From Geosiphon pyriformis uo1 (Eukaryota > Fungi > Glomeromycota): a stretch of DNA of 64,000 nt. Below, in pieces: positions 62,858 through 64,000 of this stretch; position 1 is the first letter of the stretch; the number at the start of each line of letters is the position of its first letter. Where the stretch lies: contig JAAOMT010000128.1 in the NCBI GenBank assembly GCA_016748015.1, positions 2,611,538 to 2,675,537 on the forward strand, read 5' to 3'. Under the pieces are notes generated by a model that saw nothing but the letters and a program-made list of their open reading frames with translations, did not search any database and was not told where the DNA came from. Made by a program: the position numbers and the translations under genes.

Positions 62858-64000
62858 GTGTTGATAGTGCTTGTGAAATTTTTTGGGATTGTTCTCAACA
62901 TTGCCAAAGACATCAAAAGTTGGGATGTATTCGAATTCAGAAAGGGATAATAAGTTGTTTTTAATTTCCAGTAGTTTACTGAAAGTGGTGCCTTCTACTT
63001 TTGCACTTGCTATTCTTCAGATCTCATGTTCATTATGGAGATATCCTTCCAATTGTCACAACACTTTTTTTCACACATTGTCAATTGAAGTTTTTTTTGT
63101 ATTCAGTTATTTATTAAGATAGTATATTAGCATGTTTCATCACATGTTTCTCTATGCTCAAAAATGTTATTCTATATTTCTTCATCAGGCAAAATGGTTC
63201 TACAGATAAGACAAGGTTTGTTATCTCATTTTTTTTGTCTTTTGGATCATCTAAATCATTTGAGGATACAAGGATGACAATAAAATTTGATTGCCATTGG
63301 GTATTTTTCATTTTTATCACAGCATACACTTATTGATAACAATTTTTTGTCACAATTAATGCACACCAGTTTCAGTTGGCAATAGTTAGATGGTTGTGGT
63401 GGGGTATAGGTGTATGGAGTATAAGTTGTAGTGATTGCTGGTGCTGGCTCTTCTTTTTTTCTTTTTTCTTTTTCTTTTTTGGTTTCTTCCTCTTTACAAA
63501 TTGATGTCAGCTTGTTCTGATTGTTGTCAGTCCATAATTTTTGATTGTCATTTTAGGTAAGTTCCTCTTTTTGTTTTCTCTTTTCCTTGTTGTTTCATGA
63601 AAGTATAGATGGTAGTTCATTGTGCTTGCCATTGGCTCATAAGACTTAATAGGCTTTTCAGATAGGTTTTTTTTTTCTTCTTTGAATTCTATGAGTGGTG
63701 TTGATGTTGTGTTTATCCAAAAGTGGCTGCACATGGCTGGTACACATGTATGCTAACTGTTCTGACTGAGTTGGAGCTCTTGTGTGATCCAGTTAAGTAT
63801 TGTATTGGTTTTAGACAACCAATTATTACCAACTTGTGCTTGGTATTGTATTGCTTCCATTACCAAAACTTTAATGGGAGCAATAATGCTATTGATTTCA
63901 AATAAAAAGTCATCAATTTCACTAATTGGAGTTTTGGTGGCCCCATTAGCTGTAATTATTCTGGTGCTGGCAGCACAATCAACTTGGCAACCTAATTGGT

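Larger units (their letters stand above)
57284..64000 (-). mobile_element. Ty3/gypsy family C element with dUTPase (protease-dUTPase-RT-RNase H-integrase-3' ORF-3' LTR); 5' part beyond the right edge
   Basis: 3' LTR at 57284-58145 and a polypurine tract at ~58149-58160. Integrase PFDHIGIDLVG, DYLTKWPEA and YHPQTN (59500-59950). RT ORF 60710-61036 reads FLGHVVSKDGIKTDP. dUTPase at 62012-62857; protease remnant at 63720-64000. Confidence 0.9.

Overview
Eukaryotic, intron-rich fungal DNA with short 60-110 nt introns, in two sharply separated compartments. The gene set and repeat families suggest an early-diverging fungus, probably Glomeromycotina, Geosiphon-like; this is my recognition, not a database hit. 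(1) Bases 1-~22,000 are gene-dense with normal CpG content. They hold a GH36 Sip1/raffinose-synthase-family gene (runs off the left edge), a frameshifted nuclease-like pseudogene, Rho2, RNase P/MRP subunit Rpp30, an unknown 667-aa protein with 25-aa repeats, eIF3L, a secreted class-3 lipase lacking its catalytic serine, and a small secreted Kex2-type prepropeptide with a His/Arg-rich tail. (2) Bases ~22,000-64,000 are an extremely AT-rich, almost CpG-free nest of retroelements mutated by C-to-T/G-to-A. It holds three LTR families of Ty3/gypsy (dUTPase visible in two elements), two solo LTRs, and four copies of an RNase H-containing LINE family, several with readable target-site duplications. 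The most notable observations are a ~385-nt multi-helix structured RNA candidate in an oversized eIF3L intron, the histatin-like propeptide, and RIP-like hypermutation that extends beyond CpG. Boundaries inside the degenerate repeats are approximate.
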